55,310 nucleotides of DNA, taken from assembly GCA_964353745.1 (NCBI GenBank), contig CAYGWD010000003.1, positions 1 to 55,310 on the forward strand. The letters run 5' to 3'. The position numbers and the translations under genes were made by a program. Shown here piece by piece: positions 1 to 8,527 of this stretch (position 1 is the first letter of the stretch; every line of letters starts with the position of its first letter). The stretch is from an uncultured archaeon. Lineage in GTDB: Archaea > Aenigmatarchaeota > Aenigmatarchaeia > Aenigmatarchaeales > Aenigmatarchaeaceae. The notes under the pieces are model-generated. The model was not told the origin of the DNA, did no database searches, and saw only the letters and a list, made by a program, of their open reading frames with translations.

Positions 1-1
1 T

Positions 2-313
2 CTCGATCTCGAACCTCAAATTCCTAAGAAGTCTCAGTATCTTCTCCTCGTAGGACCCTAGTTGCGTTTTAAACTCATCATGCTGTTCAACCTGCTTGCC
101 TATGCCATCCTGTATAACCACTATATTGTCCTTATAGCTGTCTACCTTATTATCCAAGACCAAGAAGCACTGGCCTATGGCTGTTGAAAGTTTGTCGAAC
201 TTTTGGCTTAATTCGCCTATGGAAGAGCCTATATCCAAGCTTTTCTGGTCTAGAACAACTTTCTTATTTTCTTCCTTAGGTTCCTCTTTTTTCCAAAACT
301 TAATCTTGAGCAT
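2..313 (-). CDS. Hypothetical protein, 5' part only (runs off window edge); helical/coiled-coil character
   Basis: Manually read open frame from ATG at 313: MLKIKFWKKEEPKEENKKVVLDQKSLDIGSSIGELSQKFDKL...LLRNLRFEIE, no stop before the window end; absent from the ORF track. Confidence 0.7.
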   Translation of the reverse strand, partial: MLKIKFWKKEEPKEENKKVVLDQKSLDIGSSIGELSQKFDKLSTAIGQCFLVLDNKVDSYKDNIVVIQDGIGKQVEQHDEFKTQLGSYEEKILRLLRNLRFEIE

Positions 314-418
314 CCTATCGCTTTTTCTTCTTTCTTGAGTACTTTTGCCGAGCCTTTAAAGGTCCGCCTTACATTTTTCCTATATTATTGATATATAAAC
401 AGTATTAATAAACCTTGG

Positions 419-1936
419 TCAAAAAAAGTTGCTTAAGTTATGCTGTTCCTTATCGTTCTTGCTCTGCATCTCCCTAAGTATTGACTTCATCCTCTTCTCT
501 TTTCTATAGGCTGTCCAATAATAGCTCTCGTCTATAGTGTCCTTGGTTAGCAAGAATATTATCTTTCCTACCTTTGTCCTTCCAACCCTCCCCCTTCTCT
601 GTATTGTCCTTATCTCAGAGGGAACTGAATCGTAGAAAACAGCTATGTCCGCTGATGGTATGTGCAATCCTTCCTCTCCTATTGGCGAGGTGATTAGGCA
701 ATTGTAGTAGTCCGCATTGAAATCCTTTATAACATTTATCTGCTCCTTTTGAGTCAGACCTCTTTCACCTGCCTGGCCAATCAGGATAACAGGCCTGCAA
801 CTATCCTGAATCATGTCATAGATGTTATAGATATTATCCCTGAAATGGGAGAATATTATAAATTTTACGTTCTTGTTTTTTTCAAATTCTCTTGTTATTA
901 TCTCTTTTAGCTTTAATATTTTTGGATGCTCTCCAGATCCCTCAATTATTCTCATTGCCTTGATAAAATTAATGTCATTCAAAATCGCTCGATCTGATTT
1001 TGTTTTCTTTTGTTTGATTTTATCCAAATAAATTTGTGTAGCCTTTACGCTTTGCGTTTCTAACAACTCTTCGGCGTGCCACACCTTGACCGCCTCGACT
1101 ATTAAAGAGACCAAGTAGAACATAAAAGGTTTTCTCTGCGTCATTATTTCTCTGCTAACTTTTTTCTGAGCTTCCAGCAGATCTCTTTTTCTTTTGATAA
1201 ATAAATTATATTTTTTTAATTTTTCTAGCCTGTCTCTTAGAGCGGTCTTAAACAAGGTTTGGGCAGTCTTTAGATTTTCAGGCAGATCAACCTTTACGTA
1301 CTCTGATGTTATACTTTTGATAAAGGACTTGACATCCTCGTCCAGTTCTGTCCTTATTTCCACGGCATCGACGAAAAGGCTCTTGCATATTACCTTTATC
1401 TTTTCCTCGTCGCCTCCTGGGGATGCTGTCAAACCAAGTGTTCTTGGGTTTTTTGCCCTTTCCATGTAAATTCTTACAACAAAAGGATAGGCGTATTTCT
1501 TGACCGCACGATGCACCTCGTCAACTATCAACAAACTAAAATCAGATAAATCCAGTTTTCCGCTCATGATGTCGTGCTCTAAGGTCTGCGGTGTTGCACT
1601 TATTATTTTTGCTTTTTTGTATATGTCTTCTCTCTCAAAGGGAGAGACCTGACCTGTCAATAGAACTATTTCTTCTTCGGGAATGTTCATGCAATCAGTA
1701 AAAGTTTTTTGATGCTGAGCGCACAGAGGACGAGTAGGTGCTGTTATCAGGACTTTTGAATCAGGATATTTTTCTAATCGGTGAGCTGCTAAGAGAATGG
1801 CTAATGTGGTCTTGCCTAAACCTGTGGGTAAAACGCAAAGCGTGTTTTTCTTTGATGCTGTATTAAGAATGGATTCTTGATATGTTCTAGCCTCTATTGT
1901 TTCAGGTTTTATCAAAGGGTGTTCAACAAAAGACAT
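419..1936 (-). CDS. hef: Hef/FANCM/Mph1-like SF2 DNA helicase (helicase domain only, no ERCC4 nuclease), C-terminal PIP box
   Basis: LPTGLGKT (motif I), APTRPL, DEVH, GLTASPG, GEEGLHIP, QRRGRVGR; N-terminus MSFVEHPLIKPETIEARTYQ typical of archaeal Hef; ends QHNLSNFF. Confidence 0.9.
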   Translation of the reverse strand: MSFVEHPLIKPETIEARTYQESILNTASKKNTLCVLPTGLGKTTLAILLAAHRLEKYPDSKVLITAPTRPLCAQHQKTFTDCMNIPEEEIVLLTGQVSPFEREDIYKKAKIISATPQTLEHDIMSGKLDLSDFSLLIVDEVHRAVKKYAYPFVVRIYMERAKNPRTLGLTASPGGDEEKIKVICKSLFVDAVEIRTELDEDVKSFIKSITSEYVKVDLPENLKTAQTLFKTALRDRLEKLKKYNLFIKRKRDLLEAQKKVSREIMTQRKPFMFYLVSLIVEAVKVWHAEELLETQSVKATQIYLDKIKQKKTKSDRAILNDINFIKAMRIIEGSGEHPKILKLKEIITREFEKNKNVKFIIFSHFRDNIYNIYDMIQDSCRPVILIGQAGERGLTQKEQINVIKDFNADYYNCLITSPIGEEGLHIPSADIAVFYDSVPSEIRTIQRRGRVGRTKVGKIIFLLTKDTIDESYYWTAYRKEKRMKSILREMQSKNDKEQHNLSNFF

Positions 1937-1958
1937 GAAAATAATCTATGTTAGAAAT

Positions 1959-4900
1959 TTAAGAACCTTTTTCTTTTATGGCGACTGGTGATTCACCTGC
2001 GTGCCATGACTGTCTTGGACGCACCTGAATGTTAAAAATTCTCTCAGAATTGTCATCTAATATCAAGGCCGCACCCTTGTTCTTCGGTAGCTCTCCTAAA
2101 AGTTTTCTTATGTCAAACAAAAGATAGGTTTGCATTATGGCAGACAAAGCCTCGACATCTGGTTTGGCCGTTAATCTGTGCGCTATAACCAAATCCGCCT
2201 GGGAAATTGCATCTCCATGAATCTTATCAGGTCTCTGTGTTATTAGGACTAAGCTTACGCCAGGCTGCCTTCCTTGCCTTAACAATGTTAGCAAATCGCG
2301 AGTGGCCGGAGTCTCCCCCTCATCTGGCAAGTATTCGTGACAATTATGAACTATACAGCCATTAGCGACAAAGTTATGAACGTTGGAGACTGAAATATCA
2401 TAAACCTTTTCTAAGCCCGCATCTTCTTTTTTTACTATCTTCTCAAGAATTAAATTGTTTTTATAACTTGATTTTAGCCATTCTTCGAATCTTGGAAATT
2501 CCAATTGAGGAACAGAAGCTTTTCTGCCAAAGTATATCCATTCCCTCACCATATAATCCAGTATTTTCAGAATTTTTGATATTCTTATTTTTCCTAAACC
2601 TGTTTTATGCAACTCTATACATTTTAAACGTAAGTCATCCCTTTCTTTTATCAATTTTTGTTTGGCCTTCAAATAAGACAAAACTAGATTTCCCTTAATT
2701 TCTTTTTCTTCACAGTATCTATAACCGATCTTCTCTAAGAAATTTATCATGTTATTTGTACTGTTTGAAATTGTTAAAACAAATTTCATTGTTTTTATGC
2801 CATCTTTTCTGATATTACCTTTTCTTTTACTTATGCCAACTTTAACATCAAAAGTTTCAAAAAGTTGTTTTAATTGGTTCGCATATTCAAAACCATTTTT
2901 TTCAAGTTCTATGCTTTTATTAAATGAAAATCTAACAACATCAAACCCAATAGGAGATTTTTTAGATACGTTTGGCATGCTGCCTTCACTTCCCATTAAG
3001 GACGCTAAAAATTCTGCTTTTTCTTCTTTTGTCGCGTTTAATAACCATTCGGGCAGTAAAAATTGATTTAGAACTTTTTTACCTCTGGGGACCTTTAAAT
3101 CAAAAAAGAAGTTGCAAGCCTTTGCACTGCTATGGACTTCTTGAGTTTTTCCAGAAACTTCTAATATTTTTCCATCATGAGTTTTAATTTTAGAATGGGT
3201 TTCTCTTGAATAAATGCTGCCTGATGAAAATCCTAAAGCTTTAAGATTATTTTTTATTTTTTCCAAATCTTTGCTCTTTCCTGAAAATCCAGTTTCTTTT
3301 GAACATAACCATCCGTCTCCAAATAAATGCCCTACTAACCTAGCCGTAATTAGTTTTTCATTAGAAGAATAATGCTGAATAACGGGCAATGACACTTCTT
3401 CTGCAGATTGGGCTGGTGTAAACCCGTTAGAAGTTAATATCTTATGTTCTGGTGTGCATTTTAATTCTCTCCCGCTTTCTGTAATTAATTTTATAATATT
3501 TCTTTCGCCTTTTTCATAAACATTATCTACATCAAAATATCCATATTCCTTTTTATCCGCATCAAACCCTAAAACCTTAAATTTTTCGCCGTTTTTAAAT
3601 CTCTCCACTATATTACCTATTGGTGTATGCGCTTTTTCAGTTATTACCACAGACTCGTACGGTAAGCATTCATCAATGGTGATCCAAGTCATAGGAACTC
3701 TCTTAGTCGCCTCTCCTCCTGTCAATTCCATTTCTTCTATCCTTCTGGCAGCCATTCTTGCCTGATATATTTCCCTGCAGAGAATGCCTATCATTAAACT
3801 TCTGACATTGGTCTCTTGCAAAGACACATCCAGAACAGTTACAACCCCAGGATTGAGAAAGTTCTCTATTGAGGCCGATTCTTGGGAAAACACCCCCCAG
3901 CCTTTTGATGATAAGAACCTGTTTTCCAAAATCATCTTTTCCTTTTCATCAGACCTCTTATCGCTTCCTATTTCGCTGATTATATCTTCTATGGAATAGT
4001 CTCTTCCTTGAAGTTTTTTAATTATCCTCTCCAGCAAGATACCGATAGGATCAAATAAACTTATGTTAAAGGTCAAGGCCCAGTCTGCTGCTGACAATTC
4101 TGAAGGTTTTATTGAGAAAATTCCATCATATGAAATGCCGTACTTGTCGTAGTATGGTTTCATTCCCATCGGTATTATGATTTTCACATCAAAACCTCTT
4201 GGCTTTAGATTCCATTCTGTCAGTTCCATTAGCTGCCTGTCGTTCGGGTTTTTCATTGACCAAAATATCCCCATGGTGTCTATCATTAAACAGGACAAAT
4301 TCTGTCTCACTTCATCAGGTAGTTTTGTCACTTCTTCGGCTATGACAGCTGATGTGTAACTATTATGAACGATTATATCATTTGCGACAAAGTTATGCAA
4401 TTCAGGAACAGAAATGTCATAGACATCAAACTCGCCTTCTAACTGTTCAATGAGAACTATCTCATCCCAGAAAATATCAGATGTTGCTAAAAGGTATATC
4501 AACTCGTTATTATCAACTCTGGCTATCTGCATTAGCTTTTGTCTAGAAGGAGAATAGTCTATGCTACTCCTTAATGCTTTAGGGGTGGTGTAACCAAAAT
4601 ATCTACCACATTCTGCCCAGTTTTTCGGTCTGTACATATCCCAAATCTCTTGAGGCACGGTATCTACATTAGGGTTTCTGTTTATGTCTGCAATTTCTTC
4701 TAGACATATGTTCTGTTTTCTCGACTTTTCGCCAAAGAATCCTATTTCCTGTATAAATCTGGTTATATTGTCGGTTCCTATAGTTATTTCAAATGAATCA
4801 AAAATCTTGCAATTTATCTTCGTATATTTTTTCCTTATTCTTGACAATATTCCGAATCTTAGCAGCAAATGTTGAATCTGATGTATCATTTTTTCAGAAG

Positions 4901-5867
4901 AAGAACTGTAGGAAATTTCCCATACAAAACCATGAGAAGTTTTATGCTTATAGATGCTTCCATCGCAACTAAATAATCTGTTTAGAAACAACGATAAATC
5001 TTCTTTTTTTAAGTTAAATATTTCAGATGGGATGAACTTTTCTTTTGAAAGTTTTCCGTAAATTTTAATACTTTCAAGCCATTTTCTTATTGAGCTTTTT
5101 TCAGCTGGAGCGTAATTCCCTTTGCCAAAACAACCATTATTTTTAAAAACCAATTTCATTTTAGAGGTGTCAATTTTTCTCTTTTCTTTGACAACTCTGT
5201 AAGAACCAGGACCATGATATCCTATTTTTAGGTTAGCGTCAAAATCTTTTACCGCATTAGAAAAATCCTCGTTTATCTCTTTATTTGAATTACTAAACAA
5301 AACGAAATTGTTTCCCAAATGGCCTTCTGCAAGAAGATATGATAATAATTTAATTTTATATTTTTCCATTGTTTTATTTCCAAAATTCTCTATTTTTCTT
5401 GGGGTAGCTATTCTGCTTCCTATGGTTAGTTCCTTTGCATCCTTCCATCCTCTTATTGTTAATAAAGGGTGTTCCGGAGTAAGTTTTATTTCCTTACCAC
5501 TTCTTAATTTTATACGCAAAAGTTTGTCGACTTTTCTTTTGAAAAATCCCTCTTTTTCAGCAGAAGATATTTTAAACTTATCATTAAGGGCAAAGATATT
5601 ATTATTGTTATTTTCAAAATCTTTTATTGGAACTAAAGAACCATCATTCAACGGAATAAGTGTATTTCCTTCAAGACATTTGCCCGATCCGCGTTTGCCC
5701 GTTATAAGTATAACATGGGGTCTTAAGACGTCCATTAGAATTGGATTGGTTAAATGAAAATCAAAACCTTTCCCGACAACATGCTTTCCCAAGAATATAC
5801 AACCCTTATCTCCGTAAGCTTTGAGGTCCTCAGGTTCCCTTCCTATTATTATTCTCTCTACAGCCAT
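1959..5867 (-). CDS. HerA/FtsK-superfamily (DUF87-type) ATPase with two inteins; about 421 aa after splicing
   Basis: Spliced Walker A GKRGSGK|SYT, Walker B ITIDE|CHEYLP, RQGRQPGVSLVLITQRP motif; two C...HN intein blocks. Confidence 0.88.
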   Translation of the reverse strand: MAVERIIIGREPEDLKAYGDKGCIFLGKHVVGKGFDFHLTNPILMDVLRPHVILITGKRGSGKCLEGNTLIPLNDGSLVPIKDFENNNNNIFALNDKFKISSAEKEGFFKRKVDKLLRIKLRSGKEIKLTPEHPLLTIRGWKDAKELTIGSRIATPRKIENFGNKTMEKYKIKLLSYLLAEGHLGNNFVLFSNSNKEINEDFSNAVKDFDANLKIGYHGPGSYRVVKEKRKIDTSKMKLVFKNNGCFGKGNYAPAEKSSIRKWLESIKIYGKLSKEKFIPSEIFNLKKEDLSLFLNRLFSCDGSIYKHKTSHGFVWEISYSSSSEKMIHQIQHLLLRFGILSRIRKKYTKINCKIFDSFEITIGTDNITRFIQEIGFFGEKSRKQNICLEEIADINRNPNVDTVPQEIWDMYRPKNWAECGRYFGYTTPKALRSSIDYSPSRQKLMQIARVDNNELIYLLATSDIFWDEIVLIEQLEGEFDVYDISVPELHNFVANDIIVHNSYTSAVIAEEVTKLPDEVRQNLSCLMIDTMGIFWSMKNPNDRQLMELTEWNLKPRGFDVKIIIPMGMKPYYDKYGISYDGIFSIKPSELSAADWALTFNISLFDPIGILLERIIKKLQGRDYSIEDIISEIGSDKRSDEKEKMILENRFLSSKGWGVFSQESASIENFLNPGVVTVLDVSLQETNVRSLMIGILCREIYQARMAARRIEEMELTGGEATKRVPMTWITIDECLPYESVVITEKAHTPIGNIVERFKNGEKFKVLGFDADKKEYGYFDVDNVYEKGERNIIKLITESGRELKCTPEHKILTSNGFTPAQSAEEVSLPVIQHYSSNEKLITARLVGHLFGDGWLCSKETGFSGKSKDLEKIKNNLKALGFSSGSIYSRETHSKIKTHDGKILEVSGKTQEVHSSAKACNFFFDLKVPRGKKVLNQFLLPEWLLNATKEEKAEFLASLMGSEGSMPNVSKKSPIGFDVVRFSFNKSIELEKNGFEYANQLKQLFETFDVKVGISKRKGNIRKDGIKTMKFVLTISNSTNNMINFLEKIGYRYCEEKEIKGNLVLSYLKAKQKLIKERDDLRLKCIELHKTGLGKIRISKILKILDYMVREWIYFGRKASVPQLEFPRFEEWLKSSYKNNLILEKIVKKEDAGLEKVYDISVSNVHNFVANGCIVHNCHEYLPDEGETPATRDLLTLLRQGRQPGVSLVLITQRPDKIHGDAISQADLVIAHRLTAKPDVEALSAIMQTYLLFDIRKLLGELPKNKGAALILDDNSERIFNIQVRPRQSWHAGESPVAIKEKGS
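2343..3668 (-). mobile_element. Intein 2 in HerA-like ATPase (442 aa, LAGLIDADG endonuclease), inserted in Walker B
   Basis: Starts CLPYESVV, CTPEHKILT, VGHLFGDG and FLASLMGSEG, ends VYDISVSNVHNFVANGCIVHN followed by Cys+1. Confidence 0.95.
4362..5678 (-). mobile_element. Intein 1 in HerA-like ATPase (439 aa, LAGLIDADG endonuclease), inserted in Walker A
   Basis: Starts CLEGNTLI, block B LTPEHPLLT, LSYLLAEG and FLNRLFSCDG endonuclease motifs, ends VYDISVPELHNFVANDIIVHN followed by Ser+1. Confidence 0.95.
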
Positions 5868-5890
5868 GAAAAGAATTTAGTGAAAGTAAT

Positions 5891-6466
5891 TTATATAAAC
5901 AAGCCAGCAAAAGCTATTGCCGTTACCAGAAGCCAAACCTTCAAGTTCCATGACATAATCTTAGAGCCGTCTAAAGGCGGTATTGGCAAAAGGTTGAAGA
6001 ACGCCAGGAAAAAGGATATGCTGGCAGTGGTTAAGAACAAGCTCAAGGGATAGACAAAGTTCGCCAAAAGAAGAGAAACGGCAAGAGATATGTTTATCAG
6101 AGGACCTGCAAGGCTTATTATAGCGTATTGCTTGTTTGTCAGGTGGGAGACCCTGAAAGCAAAGCCTTTCTTATAGGGCGATACGTAAACTGCCCCAGGA
6201 GCAGCAATTACGAACCCTCCTATAAAGGCTGTTATCAGACCCAAAGCCAGACCTAAAGGCCAGACCTTATACTCTGCATCGCAACCAAAGTGCTGAGCCA
6301 CGAACTTATGCCCCAATATCTCATGAGAAAGAAAAACAACCAATACTATGAATATGGTTGATATGAGATTTTCTATTTTAAATGAACTGAAAACAAGGGC
6401 TAAGACAAATACGGATATTATCAAGTCTCTTATCTCATTCTTAGTGAACATAAAGATATTTCTCAT
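5891..6466 (-). CDS. Site-2 protease family (M50) intramembrane metalloprotease
   Basis: Hydrophobic segments; HEILGH metal motif, SLAGPLIN, FNLLPIPPLDG. Confidence 0.88.
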   Translation of the reverse strand: MRNIFMFTKNEIRDLIISVFVLALVFSSFKIENLISTIFIVLVVFLSHEILGHKFVAQHFGCDAEYKVWPLGLALGLITAFIGGFVIAAPGAVYVSPYKKGFAFRVSHLTNKQYAIISLAGPLINISLAVSLLLANFVYPLSLFLTTASISFFLAFFNLLPIPPLDGSKIMSWNLKVWLLVTAIAFAGLFI

Positions 6467-6486
6467 GTAGAAAAATATATTGTTAA

Positions 6487-6834
6487 CTATTGGGTTCTCT
6501 CAAGAAATCTTTTCCTAGCCTTTCTATAAGCCTGAGCACGTGAGACATGTTCCTTTTCCATTATCTCTTTTACCAGATCTTTCAAGTTTCCGTATATTTC
6601 TTTTCTCGAAGAATTCTCACTAGATTTCTCAATCCATACCGCCTGTTCAATTTGTTTAGATGTCTCATCAATGATTTGTTGGTTGATTTCTTTTTGTGTT
6701 TCACTATTCAAAACCGTCAATGGTTCTGTTGGAGTTAAAGTTTTTTCTTTAGCAGACTCTTCATTCAAAAATTCATTTATTTTTTGAATGTGTCCCCGGG
6801 TCTCTTCTTTAAACCTTTTCCACAAATCTTCCAT
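6487..6834 (-). CDS. Hypothetical protein with possible C-terminal helix-turn-helix
   Basis: Fits gene spacing; C-terminal VKEIMEKEHVSRAQAYRKAR resembles an HTH. Confidence 0.6.
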   Translation of the reverse strand: MEDLWKRFKEETRGHIQKINEFLNEESAKEKTLTPTEPLTVLNSETQKEINQQIIDETSKQIEQAVWIEKSSENSSRKEIYGNLKDLVKEIMEKEHVSRAQAYRKARKRFLERTQ

Positions 6835-7045
6835 GATAAAAATTGGCAGAACCTACCTTTAAATTTTTCTGTCTTACCCCTTAATTTCCTATAGAAACTA
6901 GATTTTTTATGAAAAAAATGTCTAAAATATCTTTTTGCATATATAAATCTTTTTAAATGAAACTTCACCTATTTTTAGTTAACCTTTAGCTTTGCTACCC
7001 AAAAGATTAGGATAACAGCTATGTTAATCAAAGGGGAAAACAATT

Positions 7046-7648
7046 ATGGACGAGGGTTTAATCAAGTGGTTAATTAACAAGAATTATGATTATTTCTATA
7101 ACTTTCCTCTTGGAGGTAAGTTTCCAGACTTGATAGCTATCAAAGAAAAAGAGTTAATAGCTTTTGAATTTAAGAAACGTGCTAATGAGATTCCAACAGC
7201 CATGGGTCAATGTTTATTTTATCTCGAGAACGCTAATAAGGTCTTTATCGTTATTCCAAAGAAAGAAAAGGAACTTTTATCAGCTTCTGCTATTGAGACT
7301 ATTAAAAATCAAGGCATAGGACTAATTGTTAACAATGGCAGCGTAGAAGTTCTGGTAAATGCTAGGAACTTTCGCAAAAACAATGTCTCGATCATAGAAG
7401 AGATTAAAAAAAAGAAAGCCGGAAAAACTGAAAAACCCCATAAAAACAATGTAAAAGAAAGTGTAATAGAAGTCTTGAAGGAACATCCAGAAGGTCTTAC
7501 AACAGTTGACATATCAAAATATATTGGGATGACGAGGCATTCCGTTACCAAGTATATCTACCAACTTCTAGGTGAAGGCACAATCTCCCAAAGAGAGGTA
7601 GGTACAGCTAAACTATGTTATTTGAAGGGTAAACATGCAAGAAAATAA
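7046..7648 (+). CDS. PD-(D/E)XK nuclease-fold domain fused to C-terminal winged HTH
   Basis: FPDLIAIK...AFEFKK...AMGQCLFY nuclease-type motif; C-terminal HPEGLTTVDISKYIGMTRHSVTKYIYQLLGEG..REVGTAKLCYL wHTH. Confidence 0.72.
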   Translation: MDEGLIKWLINKNYDYFYNFPLGGKFPDLIAIKEKELIAFEFKKRANEIPTAMGQCLFYLENANKVFIVIPKKEKELLSASAIETIKNQGIGLIVNNGSVEVLVNARNFRKNNVSIIEEIKKKKAGKTEKPHKNNVKESVIEVLKEHPEGLTTVDISKYIGMTRHSVTKYIYQLLGEGTISQREVGTAKLCYLKGKHARK

Positions 7649-7838
7649 TTTTAGAGAAAGGATAATAGAGAACTTGAAGTATCATCCAGAAGGCCTGACT
7701 ATACTCAACATAGCAGGAATCACAAGAATAAACAGAGCAACAGTATCTAAATACATCTTCGGCTTGGTTTCTGAAGGCCTGGTTACTCAGAGAAGGGTAG
7801 GTACTGCAAAATTGTGTTATCTAAAGGTGGGTAAATGA
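7635..7838 (+). CDS. Stand-alone winged-HTH protein, paralogue of the upstream gene's C-terminal domain
   Basis: HPEGLTILNIAGITRINRATVSKYIFGLVSEGLVTQRRVGTAKLCYLK; overlaps both neighbouring genes. Confidence 0.8.
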   Translation: MQENNFRERIIENLKYHPEGLTILNIAGITRINRATVSKYIFGLVSEGLVTQRRVGTAKLCYLKVGK

Positions 7839-8527
7839 AATCATTAGCTAAATCATTGGTAGGAAAAATCTCAACAACAACAGTCTTCCTAATAATAATT
7901 GTTGTTTCATTACTAATTTTGAAAGAGGCCGAGATTGTTAAGGCGCAGAACGAGTCTAATATTACAGGTTATGAGATAGCAGACCTTACTCTGGAAAACA
8001 ATACATCTTCTTCAAGTCCTAATACAACAGACCTTCTTAATAATATCTCGAATGAAACTCAAATTACTAATGAAACTTTCATTGAAAACGTTACGAATAA
8101 TGAGACATCCGAAATTGTGAATGTTAGCGACGAAACCTTTGAAAACATTACTGTTAACGAGACCGAAATTTTAAATGAAACTCTAATTTCAAATGAGACA
8201 TCTAATGAGACTTCTCAAGAAATTAATGAAACTCATTCAACTGAACATAATTTTTACACAAGTCTGGACTATCCTAGAAAAATAACAAGAGGAGAAATTA
8301 TAACAGCCAAGGCTACTGTGACTAACAATGATTCTTCGGAAGCTAAGAATGTTGCTCTTGACTGGGAAATACCGCAAGGATTCGGAATAGTTTCTGGCAA
8401 TGAAAGGGAATTCTGCGGTGACTTGAAACCTAGCGATGTTTGCAATAGTGAGATTATGCTAAAAACAGATGTTTTGACACCTGTTGGGTTGAGCGAAATC
8501 AAAGTTGTGGTGAGTTATGAAGAGTAG
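7835..8527 (+). CDS. Secreted/membrane-anchored glycoprotein with Asn-Glu-Thr-rich stalk and C-terminal Ig-like (CARDB/S-layer-type) domain
   Basis: N-terminal hydrophobic segment; repeated NET sequons; YPRKITRGEIITAKATVTNN..AKNVALDWEIPQGF..GDLKP Ig-like pattern. Confidence 0.75.
   Translation: MKSLAKSLVGKISTTTVFLIIIVVSLLILKEAEIVKAQNESNITGYEIADLTLENNTSSSSPNTTDLLNNISNETQITNETFIENVTNNETSEIVNVSDETFENITVNETEILNETLISNETSNETSQEINETHSTEHNFYTSLDYPRKITRGEIITAKATVTNNDSSEAKNVALDWEIPQGFGIVSGNEREFCGDLKPSDVCNSEIMLKTDVLTPVGLSEIKVVVSYEE
8050..8235 (+). repeat. Low-complexity NET (Asn-Glu-Thr) coding repeats
   Basis: aatgaaact/aatgagac recurring; NETQITNETF..NNETS..NETEILNETLISNETSNETS..NETH. Confidence 0.75.

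Noticed and set aside
419-5867. Helicase + HerA pair as an anti-phage system or HerA-NurA repair operon
   Set aside because: The helicase is housekeeping Hef-type; no NurA, Mre11, Rad50, SIR2 or DUF4297-like partner is adjacent
7013-7026. Inverted repeat TAACA-N4-TGTTA upstream of the nuclease-wHTH gene as an operator
   Set aside because: Only 5-bp arms in AT-rich DNA and no second copy noticed; expected by chance
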